DNA of 64,000 bases from Vitrella brassicaformis CCMP3155 (Eukaryota > Protista > Chromerida): positions 1-64,000 of the forward strand of contig CDMY01000459.1 in NCBI GenBank assembly GCA_001179505.1, in the 5' to 3' direction. Shown piece after piece: positions 35,870-49,151 of the stretch; the first letter of the stretch is position 1, and each line of letters starts with the position of its first letter. Made by a program: the position numbers and the translations under genes. Below the pieces are notes generated by a model. That model had not been told where the DNA came from. It did no database searches and worked only from the letters and a program-made list of their open reading frames with translations.

Positions 35870-37519
35870 ATGCTAGCGTTTCTGCAGCAGTGCGCTATCT
35901 TCTCGTGCACCCTGGTGGGGTCTATCGTGCTGATCAGATGGTTCCTGTTCACTGCCGTGCCGTCCCTGATGGCGCTGTCGACGCCCAAGCGGAAGCTGAG
36001 GTCGCTGGGCGAGTGGGCGGTGGTCACGGGCGCAACGGACGGCATCGGACGGGCCATGGCTATCGAAATCGCCAGGAAGGGACTCAACGTGCTCCTCATG
36101 GTAATGCTACACACGGACGGGGCGATCAGGTTGACCAGATCTGTGTGTGGATCCGATCCGCGTGTGTGTGTGCAGGCCCGCAATGAAGAGAAGCTCACCG
36201 ACACCAAGACAGAGGTGCCCAGAGGGGGAGGATGGTCAGGCAGCTGTAGCATGCCATGCCATGGCATGGCATGATGTATGTGCGTCGGTGTGTGTGATGT
36301 TGTGCGTCACGTAGATTGAGTCGTTGCCCGGGTTCAAGGGAAAGGGCGAGGTCCGCACGGTGCAGGTGGACTTCAGCGGGCAGCCGTCGAGCGGCCTGTA
36401 TGCCACCATCGAGCAGGCCATCAGGGGCCTCGATATCGGTGTCCTCGTCAACAACGTCGGACTCAGCTACCCACATGCCATGGTCTCAACAGGACACAGG
36501 GGGTGGTGGGGGGGAGAGAGAGAGAGAGAGAGAGAGAGAGGGATGAGCAGCAAGCACATTACACGCTCGCTGCCCGTGTGCCCCTCCCTCTATCTATCAT
36601 CAGTTCTACAACGAGGTGGAGTCTTCCTTTGTGGACACACTGATAGAGGTCAACGTGCGGTCGGCCCTGCGGCTGACGCACCTCATCTACCCTGGCATGG
36701 TGGAGCGCAAGAGGGGCGCCATCGTCATGGTCGGCTCGGCCGGCTCAAAGCTGCCCTCCTACCCGCTGTACGCCGCCTATGCCGCCACCAAGGCCTGCTC
36801 CGACGCCTTTGCACAGGCCCTCCAGGCGGAGTGCGAGCACAAGAACATCATTGTGAGACAGAGAGACAGAGAGAGGGGGGAGCGAGTAGCATGTCGGTTG
36901 GTCGGTCATTATCGTGTGTGGTGTGGTGTGGTTGTGGTTGTGTGCGTGTGCAGGTCCAGTGTCACGTGCCCCTGTTGGTGCAGACCAAGATGGCCAAGAT
37001 CCGCAAGGCGTCGCTCACCGTGCCGTCACCTGAGCGGTATGCTGGGACGCACACGGGCATACAGACAGAGAGACAACCACGCGACGCGCACCGTTGTGTG
37101 TTTGGTGTGTGTGTGTTTGGTGTGCGTGGCGTGATGACACAGGTACGCCAAGTCGGCCATCAGTGCAGTGGAGAACGGCGACAGCCAGACGCAGCCAACA
37201 CTCTCGCCATACCTCTGGCACCAAGTCATGGTGGGCGGCACATGCTCAGCAGCTGAGCATTACACGTACGGGCGCGTGTGTGTGTGTGTGTGTGGTCTTT
37301 TCTACCATTTCTTTAAGTTTTCGATCATCGGTCTGTTCCCCTACAGCCTCTGGACCAAGTGAGTGACCTCCCCCCACTGTACTGCAATGTGTGGTGCACT
37401 GATGGCAATGATAATGCTGCACTCGTTGATCAATCAGGTATCAGCTGCCCCAGAACATGAAGATCCGCTCCAAGGCCCTCAAGAAGAAGGCAGAGGAAGA
37501 AACGGTCAGACGGGATTGA
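35870..37519 (+). CDS. Very-long-chain 3-oxoacyl-CoA reductase (KCR/HSD17B12-type SDR)
   Basis: N-terminal [39 protein letters not shown] (YxxxK), [27 protein letters not shown]-terminal IRSKALKKK; TGA at 37517-37519. Confidence 0.92.
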
Positions 37520-38196
37520 CGGAAGGGCAGGCCACACACCACACCGGGGGCGTCACGCGTCACGAAAGGAGCTTCATCCTGTCCATCTGTGCCTGTGTGT
37601 GCTGTGCCTGCAGAACAAGAAGGCCTGAAGCATAACACGTGTGAGCGCGACGGCGTGAGGTCGACGATCGGTCGATCGGCAGGGAGGCCTTTGTGTCGCG
37701 TGGGTTGCGTGTGTGGTGCATGGCCTTCTTATCCACGTACCTTGGCATGGGCGGTGTCTTCCATTGCATATGTGTATGTGTGAAAGAGAGCAGCCAACGA
37801 TTTTTGCCTACGCCCAAGCGGCGGCGTCTTCACGAAGTTCAGAGCTGGATGGATGGATGGATGGATGGATGAATGGATGGATGGACAAGTGTCCGTCCAT
37901 GGTGCATGGGTCGTACCAGCATTTATTTGCTGATGAGAGAGTTTTTTTTTCCTTGTGCGTGGAGGCGACCTCTCTGTCTTCCTCTCCGTTGTGGGAGAGA
38001 TCATGACGGATGCTGACGCGACTGACACGAGTCGGCGCCTGCTCTGACCTCTTCTTGAGAAAAAAGGCCGATCAACCAAACGATCAGCCGTTCCTGGCCG
38101 TTGCGGCCAGCATCATACACCGTACAGCCGAGGAGGCATTTTTGTGTCATTTTTCGTCTTTCCACGCAGCAGCACCTTCCAAAGACCACTGTCAAG

Positions 38197-40234
38197 ATGC
38201 TCCCCGCTGCCACAGCCCTCCTGCTTGCCTGCCTGCTGCTGGCGCTGCCAATTTTGTGTCCTTCTTACCCGGCAGCAAAAGCGACCAGCAGCAGCAGCAG
38301 CAGCAGCAGTGACCATGATGATGATGAGTCGGTCACTGAGGTGCTGTCCGACCTGCTTGACTTCCTGCAGACCACTACAGACGAGAGGGATGGCACTGCG
38401 GGACAGAGTGAGGGCAGCGTGAAGCGCCTGTGCCGCCCGATAAAGGCGGTGGAGCCCTTCCTCAACTCAAGCGAGACCGTCGAGGTGACGCTGGACCTCG
38501 ACGCATACGTCTTCAGGTACCTGGAACACACTCAGCCCGTTCGTTCGTTCTGTGTGAGAAGTGTGGTTGTCGTGTCGTGTTGGTGCAGAGGTCTGCTTCC
38601 GGAACCTTTCGCCGCCCTTGGCGATGACGCGTTCAGGGGAGGGACGGTGCTGATCGGGGAGCCGCACATCGACTATCGCTCCTATGCCCCTCTCGCCCAC
38701 CGGATGACGGCACGAGGGGTCGAAATTCGGGTACGTACGTACGTGCTAACGACGATGGCTGCAGACAGACAATGCCCCTCTCTGCTTATGTGTGTGTGGG
38801 CAGGGAGGTGTCCCCGTTGGCCCGACCCTCATCATTCTGCCGCCCTGCACACCGTGTCTGGACAGGCAGTCGTATAAGAAGGCGCCTTTGCCCTGCCAGG
38901 CGTGTGCCGGGCTCATTGTGGAGCTGCTCAACAGATATGAGCTCGACACCTGGGCGCTAATCGGTGTGGGGGAGGGGGCACTCGCCGCGTCCATCTTCGC
39001 CGAGACCCACCATCCACGAGTCAAGGCAAGCGCGATATGTCGGTTGAGACGTTTGCTCTGTTGCTGCGTCGATTCAGGGCCTGTCGCTTATCGCGGGCTA
39101 TCCGGACAAGAGTGTCGATCTGGTGGCCAAGAACATCCTGGTCCAGGTGTTTGCGGGCGACGACGACGAGGTGTACCCGGCCAGAGAGATCGCCAAGAGG
39201 CTGGATGGGCTCCCACTGGTCAGCTTTAGATGGCTGCAAGGACAGACAGACAACCCGCCCGCGCCCTGTCTGTGTTGTGTGTGCAGGAGACGCTGTTTGA
39301 GAGTTTCGCCAACACCACGCACGAAGACTTCTCATGGTCAGAGGTGCCCTGCGATCCCGAAGAGAGAGACGTCCCGCTGCTGCTGGCCAAAGACAAAGCC
39401 GAGTTCGCCCCCAACGCCCGGCTCGCCACTCGCGACAACATCACCCACACCATGATCCTGGGGACCTTCTCCACCACCTTCTACCACAACATCGTTGCTT
39501 TGGAGTTCGCCGAGGCCAGTCTGATGATCCACGAGAACCTTGCAGTGGAATACGACTCATTCCCCCACTCTCGACTCGTGGACCCTGCCCCTGCTGAGGG
39601 CGACGCGTCTGTGTCACCGGAGTGCATTCTCTACTGCCCAGGGCCAAAGATATGGGTTGCGGGGCTGTCAGCGATGATCTTTGGCTTGTACTACGCCGAA
39701 GTGACGGTGCCTGGGCGGGATTGGCTGAACGATGAGTCTTCTCTGAACGAGGGAGACGGCGTGACGACGAGGTTTGATGAGGAGTTCAGCTGGTGGGTCT
39801 ATGAGGGGCCGAAGCCTTACAAGGCCGGGCTCATCTTCTTTATCGGGGCTCATGTGCCGCCTGAAGCTTACGCCGTCCTGCTCAGGTCGGGCTGCGCACA
39901 CAGATGTNNNNNNNNNNNNNNNNNNNNNNNNNNNNNNNNNNNNNNNNNNNNNNNNNNNNNNNNNNNNNNNNNNNNNNNNNNNNNNNNNNNNNNNNNNNNN
40001 NNNNNNNNNNNNNNNNNNNNNNNNNNNNNNNNNNNNNNNNNNNNNNNNNNNNNNNNNNNNNNNNNNNNNNNNNNNNNNNNNNNNNNNNNNNNNNNNNNNN
40101 NNNNNNNNNNNNNNNNNNNNNNNNNNNNNNNNNNNNNNNNNNNNNNNNNNNNNNNNNNNNNNNNNNNNNNNNNNNNNNNNNNNNNNNNNNNNNNNNNNNN
40201 NNNNNNNCCCCCTCTCCCCCTCTCTCTCTCCCCA

Positions 40235-40272
<38 letters not shown>

Positions 40273-41110
40273 TGTGTGGCAGGCGTGTTGCTCGTCTGGG
40301 ATACTTCATCGTCAGTCCTTACCACCCCATTCTCCTGTCTCCACTGAACGCCAACGAGGCGGGCACCATAGTGCTGAAGGAGCTCGGCGAAACCGTCGAC
40401 GACTGGTTCGCCGTCGGGTGAGTAAGCAAATGCTCATCATGATCAGACCGACGGCCGCATCGCACGGTGACTCATCCCCCTCGCTGCGCGTGTGTGTGTG
40501 TCTGTGCAGGCACTCAGCTGGTGGCGTGTCAGTGGGAGACTTCTGTGAGGCCAACACGGCCCTCGCCATCCCTGGGGCCGAACCGCCACGATTGCTCGGC
40601 GGCATCATCCTGTCGGGGGTGTTTGGGTTCAGCAACTTCACCCAGCTGGCCGAGGATGGCGACAAGGGGGCGGAAGCGCTCAGGTTCCTCACTGTGGTCG
40701 GCACACGGGACTTTGCCAACGTCCTGCAGCCTGAAGACCCTGTGAGTGCAGTGAGGTCGAGTCGATGGTTGGACAGCTGGATGGATGGATGTTTGTGTGT
40801 GTTGGTTGCAGGACCGAGTGGTGAGTCGGATAGAGGCGAGCATGAAGACGGTGATACCTGAGGGCAACCTGAGAGACGAGTACATCACCGACGGCACGCA
40901 CTACCAGGCAAGCCGACCACCCAGCCGACCACCCACACACACATTGCCCGACACCACACCCTTGGTCTGTGTGCTGTGCTGCAGTTTGGTGCTTACGGCT
41001 ACCAGCCTCCCTTCAAGACGGAGCGCATCTGTGACGCCGATCAGCAGCAGCAGGGGGTCGAATTGATGGACAGCTTCATGACGGATGTCCTGGCTGAGCG
41101 GGCCAACTGA
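38197..41110 (+). CDS. Secreted protein with two tandem alpha/beta-hydrolase (Abhydrolase_5-like) domains; spans an assembly gap
   Basis: Signal peptide MLPAATALLLACLLLA. Domain 1: IDYRSYAPLAHRM..WALIGVGEG..AGDDDEV..THEDF. Domain 2: GLIFFIGAHVPPEAYA..RLGYF..WFAVGHSAGG..VGTRD..GTHYQFGAYGYQ. TGA at 41108-41110. Confidence 0.8.
39908..40207. other. Assembly gap (300 N)
   Basis: Run of N, apparently inside an intron of the hydrolase gene. Confidence 1.
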
Positions 41111-41785
41111 TGAGACACGAGGACTGACTATGGTGGATGGATGGATGGATGGACACCGATCCGATGACACACAAGTGTCACGGGGACGTGACCGCGTGTT
41201 TGAAGGTAGCTCGCCAGCTGCGTGTGTGCGTGTGGGTGGACGAGTGCGTTCCTGCGGTTGGTTTAATTGGCCTGGCTCAAACCGGCTCGGCTCGATGTGA
41301 TGGGCGTTTTGCTGTTGGTCAGCTGGCTTGGCTTGGCTGGCTCTTCTGATGTCCCATGGACGGATGGATGGATGGATGGATGGCCAAAGGGTGATTGATG
41401 GGATCAATGGGACTGGGTGGGGGGTGTCTGTCTGTCTGTCTGCCTTCTTGCTAAGACCTTCTCGTGGCTCTCTCTGCTGGTTTTTGCGTCACTCCATTCC
41501 ATGCCATTGGAGACAGACAGACAGACAGACATGACGCTCACTGACGCAGCCAACCATGTCATGTGTCCCGCATTGTCTGTCTGATGTGGTGATGATGGTT
41601 TTGTGGCGAAATATACGCCGAGATGGTGAACGGAACCTTCAAATAAGCAATGTGTGGTGTGGCGTGGCATGTCCCAAACGAGAATCCAAAAATCGTCCTA
41701 CGGCAATCAGCACATCACACAATGGAACACGCACGAGAGAGAGCGAGAGCGAGAGGGCAGCCAGCCGTCATCAACCAAGATGCAT

Positions 41786-41820
41786 GGTGTGGGGTGTGGG
41801 GTGTGGGGTGTGGGGTGTGG
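41786..41820. repeat. (GGTGTGG)5 minisatellite, G-quadruplex-capable
   Basis: ggtgtggggtgtggggtgtggggtgtggggtgtgg contains four GGGG runs. Confidence 0.8.
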
Positions 41821-41951
41821 TCGGCCAGCAAAAGAATGGGTAGGTGGCTGGGTGGACGGAACACACACGCACACACATGCACCGCACCCCCGTGTGTGTC
41901 GTCTACTCTGCTCACACAGGGTCGTTTCTCCTTCCCCCCCCCCCCCCCCCC

Positions 41952-42251
41952 NNNNNNNNNNNNNNNNNNNNNNNNNNNNNNNNNNNNNNNNNNNNNNNNN
42001 NNNNNNNNNNNNNNNNNNNNNNNNNNNNNNNNNNNNNNNNNNNNNNNNNNNNNNNNNNNNNNNNNNNNNNNNNNNNNNNNNNNNNNNNNNNNNNNNNNNN
42101 NNNNNNNNNNNNNNNNNNNNNNNNNNNNNNNNNNNNNNNNNNNNNNNNNNNNNNNNNNNNNNNNNNNNNNNNNNNNNNNNNNNNNNNNNNNNNNNNNNNN
42201 NNNNNNNNNNNNNNNNNNNNNNNNNNNNNNNNNNNNNNNNNNNNNNNNNNN
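41952..42251. other. Assembly gap (300 N) flanked by poly-C on both sides
   Basis: Both flanks read ccttcccc...(C)n. Confidence 1.
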
Positions 42252-42324
42252 CCTTCCCCCCCCCCCCCCCCCCCTGTCGAAGCTGTCCCGCTATCTGGTG
42301 AATTAGAATTATTTCAGTCGTATT

Positions 42325-43911
42325 CTAAGGCAGCATTCTCGTACATCTCAGCCCCTCGCAGGTGCACTTGTTCTTGACCCACACACACCGGGAGGTGGAC
42401 TCCTGGCCTTTCTCGTAGGCTTCGAATACCGTGTCGAGGTACACATCCTCCTTGCACGCCACCCCCGTGTCCTTGGCCTTCTTGCAGGTCTCCTTGCTCT
42501 CGAACTGGTTGCACGGGTCATAAGCTGCAACCAAACAGACGTGCTCATGTGGTGGTGCCCCCCTGGCTGGGAGGGCTGCTATAGCAGTGCTTACCTCTGG
42601 TCTGCTGCGTGTGTTGGATGAATCCGCCCGGCCCGCCTTTGTCGGCTCCGATGTTGGCCATGAGGGTCTGCCCCATCTGTCGGTTGGCGGCCTCGATGGA
42701 GTTGAGGGCCTCCTCGTGTGTGGCGATGGCCGCCCGGTGCGTCGCTATGGCGGCCCTGTGGAACGCCTTGCCTCGCGCCAGCTGCTGCTGGACGGCGGCG
42801 AGCGACACCTGCAGATGGGCGCCAGACGCCAAGTCAGCAGAGGAACCTGCACACATCATGCGGACGAGCCCCCAAGGCATACACACACAAAGGGACAGAC
42901 AGATGGACAGATATCCACTTGTTCTCTCCCTTTGCTGAGGTCGTGTGTACCAGTCTCCGCAAAGGAGGGTGTCTCCCGGGGAGGGGGCTTCCACTCGCCA
43001 TGGCCTGTTGTGCGTACACACACACACACACACACACACGTGTGTGCAGTGCATTGGACACATGGGAATCGCTATTGGCTCTTGCGATGTGTCCATTGCA
43101 TGTGTCGCCTTGTCACGTACCAAGGAAGACGAAAGCATGTTTCTCCTTGTCGCTGTAGGTAATCTCGACTTTGCCGTCCGCCCCGCGCATATCGCTACTC
43201 TCGACCCGTATCAGCTGCACCAACCAACACGCAAACACACCAAGAGCGCGCCACTGGACTGACGTATATATACACATCCTGTCATCGTCATGGGAGCAAC
43301 TGACCGCATCTGTTCTGATGCAGTATTTGTATTCCTCGACAGGCCTCGTGGCCCTTCCCAGACAGTACAACTCCGCTATGTCGCGCCCGAGCGTGTATCG
43401 GCCATGCAGTCGCCGTAGCCTGACGCACGGGCATCGGCACGCAGTTCCGGAGGAGCACGGGGCCTTTCTGTCTGTCTGTGCTGTTAAGCCCTTACCTTTT
43501 GCAACCTGGCCTGACGCCGCGAGCCCTGACTCCTCCGGCATGTAAGAAGCCTCGAGATATATCAAGTTCACCACACACACCGCTTCGGACGTGCTGCATT
43601 TCTCCTGGATGTGGCCGACGGCGTCGTAATAGTGGTAGTGGACTTGTCCGAGGATCTCAGAGTGCACCGGGTTCAGCCTCACCCCACACTCTGTGTGCAC
43701 ACACAACACACACATACATGTGCCATGCGGCGCCACGACAGCTCTGCATCCATCGTGGATCTGCCATCCATCCATCCATCCATCCATCCCTTCACTCACC
43801 GTCGGAGTCGTGCGAGTCCTCGGCGTAGAGGTTCTTGCCGTAGGTGAGCGGAAGGGCCAACATCCCCACGGCCAACAAACCCACCACCAGCTTCCAGATG
43901 AACGACGCCAT
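42325..43911 (-). CDS. Secreted Cys-rich hypothetical protein; exon structure uncertain
   Basis: Signal peptide MASFIWKLVVGLLAVGMLALPLTYG. Exons include ECGVRLNP..EKCSTSEAVC, CSSGTACRCPC..YCLG..YCIRTDAVSC, a helical segment HRAAIATHRAAIATHEEAL, and the last exon YDPCNQFESKETCKK..ACKE..RCVWVKNKCTCEGLRCTRMLP*. Confidence 0.5.
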
Positions 43912-44061
43912 CCTCCTGATGATTAGAATGCGCTCAACGGTAACGAGGGCACTAACGTGTTGTCGGACGCTCTATCGTTTTCCTTCCTTGCCTTGCCCCC
44001 GGCCTCCATGTAGATTTGGGAACAAATTTACGGAGGCGCGGGCCGCTCTCCTCGGCCTTCG

Positions 44062-46925
44062 ATGGAGGAGGCATCATCATCATCAGCAGCAGCAGTGGAT
44101 GTCCTCCAAGCCGACCATTTGGAGCATTCATCAGTGTCAGATCTCCACCCTCGCCAGACGTCCGATGGCATGACGATGGTCCCGCCGTCCCCCGGGCCCT
44201 CCCCTTCTCGTTGCGCAGCTCGGATGGCCGACCGTCTGAGGCTCCCCCGTGCCGGCGGCACCCCCTCCCCTCCCCTCAACACGCGCTCGCCCTTCCACCT
44301 CAACTATCGCATCCTGGCAGAGGCCGCCTCGGCCTTCCCCTCCTGCCCGCCCCCGCCATTCCCCCCTCCAGTCACCTCCTCAAAGCAGTCTACACACGAT
44401 GCGGGTCAGCAGCAGCAGCACTGCAGCTGGGTTGATGCGGCGGCCGAGGGTGGATGCGTCGGCCAGCCTCTCTGCGGTGGTGGTGGCGCTGGAGATGGAG
44501 ATGGAGATGGTGGTGCGGCGTACGAGTATTTTGGCGGGGATGTGGGTCAGTGGGAGGGCATCATGACGGCCGCTGGCGACGGCGAGGGAGGGGGATGGGA
44601 CCACGGGCAGCAGGGGCAGGGGTACGGGCCGTACGGCATATCGTATTGTGGTCATCACGGTGATGATAGCATGGGTAGCATGGGTAGTGGCGTTGTCGTG
44701 GCCGGGGAAAGTATTGCTGTTGGTGTTGGCGTTGGTGTTGACGTGGGCAACTCTTGCGAGTATGAGGAGGCCCTTTGCAATGATGATGTGCAGACTACCG
44801 CTATGGTAAGACCACTCCACTGCTTACAAGAGATGAAGAGAAGAGCAGAAGAGCCCTCTCGCGCAACACGCCATCTCATCTGTCTGCTCATTCTTTCTTT
44901 ATTGTGTCGATCTGTCTGTCTGTTCAGGAGGAGGCGTCGACCGCCGAGCAGCCCTCTCGCAGTCTCTCCCAGCTCGTGACCAACATCCTCACCGCTCACG
45001 GCCAAGAGGAACATCCGCACCAACAAACACACCCACACCCACAGCAGCAGGAGCAGCAGCAGCAGCACTCCGTGTCGCACCAGCACCAGCAGCAGCACCA
45101 GCAGACGGACCCCTCCCTCCCCCTCACCTCCACCCCTCCCCCCTTCCACAAACAGACTACTCCCAGGTCGTCGCTCGGCCTCTCAGACCGATCAGACACA
45201 CCTGTCGGACTGACCGGCGGCAGCAACACCACCACCACCACCACCCAGCCCAAGACCATAACCTTCAGCCCCACACCCACCCCCACCGCCACAGCAACAG
45301 CAACAGATGAAGATCGCAGCAAAGGTGGTCAGGAGGATCCGCTCCCCGCGTGCTTTGAGGAGCGGTTCGTCGAGTGGTTCGACCTGGGCCGCGTCGGTGG
45401 GTACACGATGGAGGATCTGGGCGGTGAGGAGCGGGGGTTGGTGCAGCGGGTGGTGGGGCTGGTGGAGCGGGGAAAACCCGACCTCTGTGTGACCAATGTC
45501 GAGATGCACGTCAACGCCGTGCGGGGCGAGGAGGGCGGGGGCGGGGGCGCAGATGGGGCCACTGACGTGCTGGTAAGGAAAGGAAGGATCGATGGGGTCG
45601 GTCCCGTTGTGGTCGACTCGTGACCGAATGATGCCTGTCCGTCCGTGTCTGTGTCTGTAATCAGGTGATTTTCCGTGCCGAGGGTCTCCTCTCCTCGCAG
45701 ACACCGAAATGGACGCCCCCCATACTGCAGAGTGAGTACAATCCACACCACCACACACACACACTCTCTCTCTCTATACATGTGTCCTTGGTTTTCCCCC
45801 CTCCTCATCTCTGTCCACCCCTCAATCCATCCATCAGGCGTCCACACCATCCTGACAGCGGCCGGTCTCTCGGCGCACCTCTCCCCCACCCACCTCACCG
45901 TCACCGTCGGCAGCCCCCCTTCACTGAGCATCATCCTGCGCTTCGCCCCAGCCATCCACCCCCCATGGCGCGCCGCCACCTGCACCAACACACTGCCCAA
46001 CATCCAAGAGGAAGAGGCCCGCGAGGGAGGGGGAGAGAATGAGAACGGCAAGGCGGGTGCTGGGGTGGTGGGGCCAGTTGGGGCGGTGTCATCGGACCCC
46101 TCTCCATCCCCTCACCACCGTGCTGTCGAGAGCCCCCTGCTGTCGTCGGGCGACATGCCGTCCTCGCCCAAGTCCACCCCCACGCCCACCCCCACTCCAT
46201 CGCACCCAGCGGCGGATGCAGAGGCGAGACAGCCGTCGCCGGAGGCCGATCGCAGGACGTCAAAGCCGGCGGCCCGTGCAGCAGCGGCAGTGCGGCCATT
46301 CAGCGAGGTGGGGCGGGCCATGCCGGTGCCGTACACACAGCAGAAAGAGAGAGAGAGGGAGAAGGAGAAGAGCTGGCACGATCATCAGCAGGAGCAGACA
46401 AGGGGCGGCGGTGTGGATGCGGGTGTGGGTGTGGGTGTGGGTGGCCACGTCTACACCCCCCAGACCCACTCCCACTCTCAGATAGAGACTCATTCCCAGC
46501 CACAGTCCTCCCTCTTCCAGCCGCAGCCGGCCCGTGTGTACACGCCGCAGCATTTGTATCAGCAGCAGTACCCCCTCTTCGTCCAGAGGGCCGCCCCCGA
46601 GCGCCACGCATTCTACCCCTCACGCCACCCGCCACACCCCCCTCCCCCGTACGAGGACAACAACCACCCCCAGCAGCAGCAGCAGGAGACACACAAGACG
46701 TCCCCCACCCCAACCCGCACCACAACACACAAGAGCGCGGCGCGTGTGTTCGTGCCATCGTCGGGTTTTTCCCACGGCAACAACCACCACCACCAGCAGC
46801 GGCAGCAGCAGCAGCAGCAGCAGCAGAGGGGCGCGGGCGGCGCTCGTACGTACTATCAGCCGGCACAGTGTTATGTGCCGGTGGGCAGCAGGGTTAAGGG
46901 GGATAGGGGGGGCGGGGGCAAGTGA
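44062..46925 (+). CDS. Large low-complexity (Q/P/H/G-rich) hypothetical protein with PAM2-like motifs
   Basis: Four exons joined at clear GT-AG sites (about 44807-44927, 45572-45665, 45732-45837); small globular core PACFEERFVEWFDL...; C-terminal KSAARVFVP and PARVYTP motifs. Confidence 0.55.
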
Positions 46926-48076
46926 CACATACACACACTCAGAGACAGACAGACAGACAGACTGATGTGGTTAGGTATTAAGGAAAGGCGCCGAGGGAGG
47001 GAGGGAGGGAGGGAGGGAGGAGGAAGAGAGAGAGAGGGGGTAGCTCAACAAGGGCGGCTGATTGATCTTCTCTGGCGAGGATCTGTCTTACCGTGTTGAT
47101 GTGATGGCCGGCCCGCCACGAGCCGCCCACCTTCCTATGTATGGTAGGTAGGCATTATTCTCACATACGATGCATGCCATGAAGCGAAGCACCAAAGGTG
47201 ACCGACATTTTCGGCTGATTGACCTGACCGATACGCTTGCAGTCCGCGTACTCTCTGCCTCTCTGCCTCTCTCTCAGAAAGAAGAATAAGATAGTGTTTT
47301 GCCCCAGCCAGCCAGACAGACAGCCAGCCAGCCCCCTGTCTGTATGTCTGTCTGTCTGTCTCTGAGTGGGCATCAGCAATAACGCAGCGGCTGACATGTG
47401 TGTTTGGATCGATGGATGGATGGATGGATAGGCTAGACGGAGACCAAGGCATGGCATGGCATGGCATGGACTCGCAACCCCGACAGCAACACAACATACA
47501 TACGTCAAGTCACTCGCAACACCAATGCCTGCCTGCCATGTAATTGATGTGCACTGATCGGTCTCTCTCAAGTCAAGTCGTCGTCACATGTGTGTATGTT
47601 TCTGTTCGGTGTCCCTTGTCGCAGTGGTGTGTCCCCCAGCGCTGGCAGTGCGGTGCACCCTCCCTGTGCCAACAGGCAGGAAACAGACCAATGCCACCGC
47701 AGAGGAACACCACCTCCTGCGAATATTCAACACCGGCAACGATTGGATGCAGTCTCAACACGCACCCAGCCACCATACCATCCGTCTGGCCAACACTGCC
47801 CAGCCACGAACAAACACGTTAGCCGTCTGTCTGTCTGTCTGCCTGTCATTCCAATGCGCCGCTCGGACAGCGGGACGATCATGCGGCGAGAGAGTCGCCA
47901 CATGACCCCACCACTACACTCGCGGCTCAATGAAACACCAGACAGACAGACAGCAGGCCGCCCAAAGAGAGACAAGGAAAGAAAGAACCTCACTCACTGC
48001 ACAATCTAACGATCAGTAGCAGCAGCACCAGCACCAGGGGCACGGAAAGCACCGCTCGCTCACACCATCCATCCAT

Positions 48077-48475
48077 CTACGCGTCAGTCCTCCTCCTCTT
48101 GCCCTGCGGGCTCTCGACTGCCGCAGAAGACGACGCACCGCTGCTGTTGCTGCCGCTGCTGCTACTGCTGGTAGACGAGCCATCGCCTGAAGGTCCGCTC
48201 TGATCATCGGCAGCAGCAGCAGCAGGAGGGGTGGCGGTGAGGAGGGGTGGGAGGGGCTGGTGGTGTGGCGGGGCCGCCGCTGCCGTGCTGATCTTGCGGC
48301 ACTCGAAGGAGCCAGTGTGGTCGTTGGAGAAGAGGATGTTGCCGTCTCGCTCCTGGATCCATGTGCCCTTCATGAAGAGGCCCGACGGGGCCACCACCGC
48401 CGAGCAGATGTTGGTCCACTCGTCGTCGTCGTTCCTGTCCCGCCCTCGCTGATGAGTCACGAAACTGTTGCCATG

Positions 48476-48513
<38 letters not shown>

Positions 48514-49151
48514 AGAGAGAGAATAAGTGGCCCGTCAGCCTCAGGCGGTGGAGGAGTGTCGGCGTGAGTGAGTCGGCTGACTGACCAGTTTGCCAGTGAT
48601 CTCGAAGATCCATGGTTCGGTCGCCGTGCCGGTCACCCACTTGCCGTGTTGGCTGAGCCGCATGTCGTACTCGTAAGCCCCCGAAGAGTCGTAGCAGCCC
48701 TTCACGCGCCAGTACCCTGCACACACAACACACACACACACGCACACACACACACACCTCTGTGCAGGTGACATCTGCCGATCATTTGCCGCAAGCACCT
48801 GTAAGGCTGAGTGTGCAGATCTCCCTGACAAGGGAGCGATAGCACGGCGGCGCCGCGGGCTCGCTGTCCGGGTCACAGTAGTGACACAGCCGCCTGAAAT
48901 GATCACACACACACACACACACACATCCTCAAACTCATTGCGGCCGTCCTTCTGGCGTACGCACGGTGGCGCACCCACCTGTGGATGGGCTTCCAGACTT
49001 TGGTGTCGGCTGCTGGTGAGGTGACGGCATCCCTCAGCCTCCTGCAGGTCCTTGCGGCCCGCCCGAGAGCCCTCACATCCAGGTATTCGAGCAGGATCAG
49101 CAGTAGGTCGTCCTCCAACTCAATCTCGAGAGCAGACTGCTCCGCCATCAT
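48077..49151 (-). CDS. F-box protein
   Basis: N-terminal ELEDDLLLILLEYLDVRALGRAARTCRRLRDAV is F-box-like; it is followed by a beta-rich domain (YWRVKGCYDSSGAYEYDMRL..WVTGTA..FEITGK..FMKGTWIQ..TGSFECRK). Confidence 0.72.

Noticed and set aside
47573-47776. VVFLCGGIGLFP resembling a ferredoxin-reductase NAD-binding motif
   Set aside because: Isolated, with no FAD-binding part or flanking exons. The same stretch also looks like an orphan + strand exon (about 47641-47818). Left unresolved.
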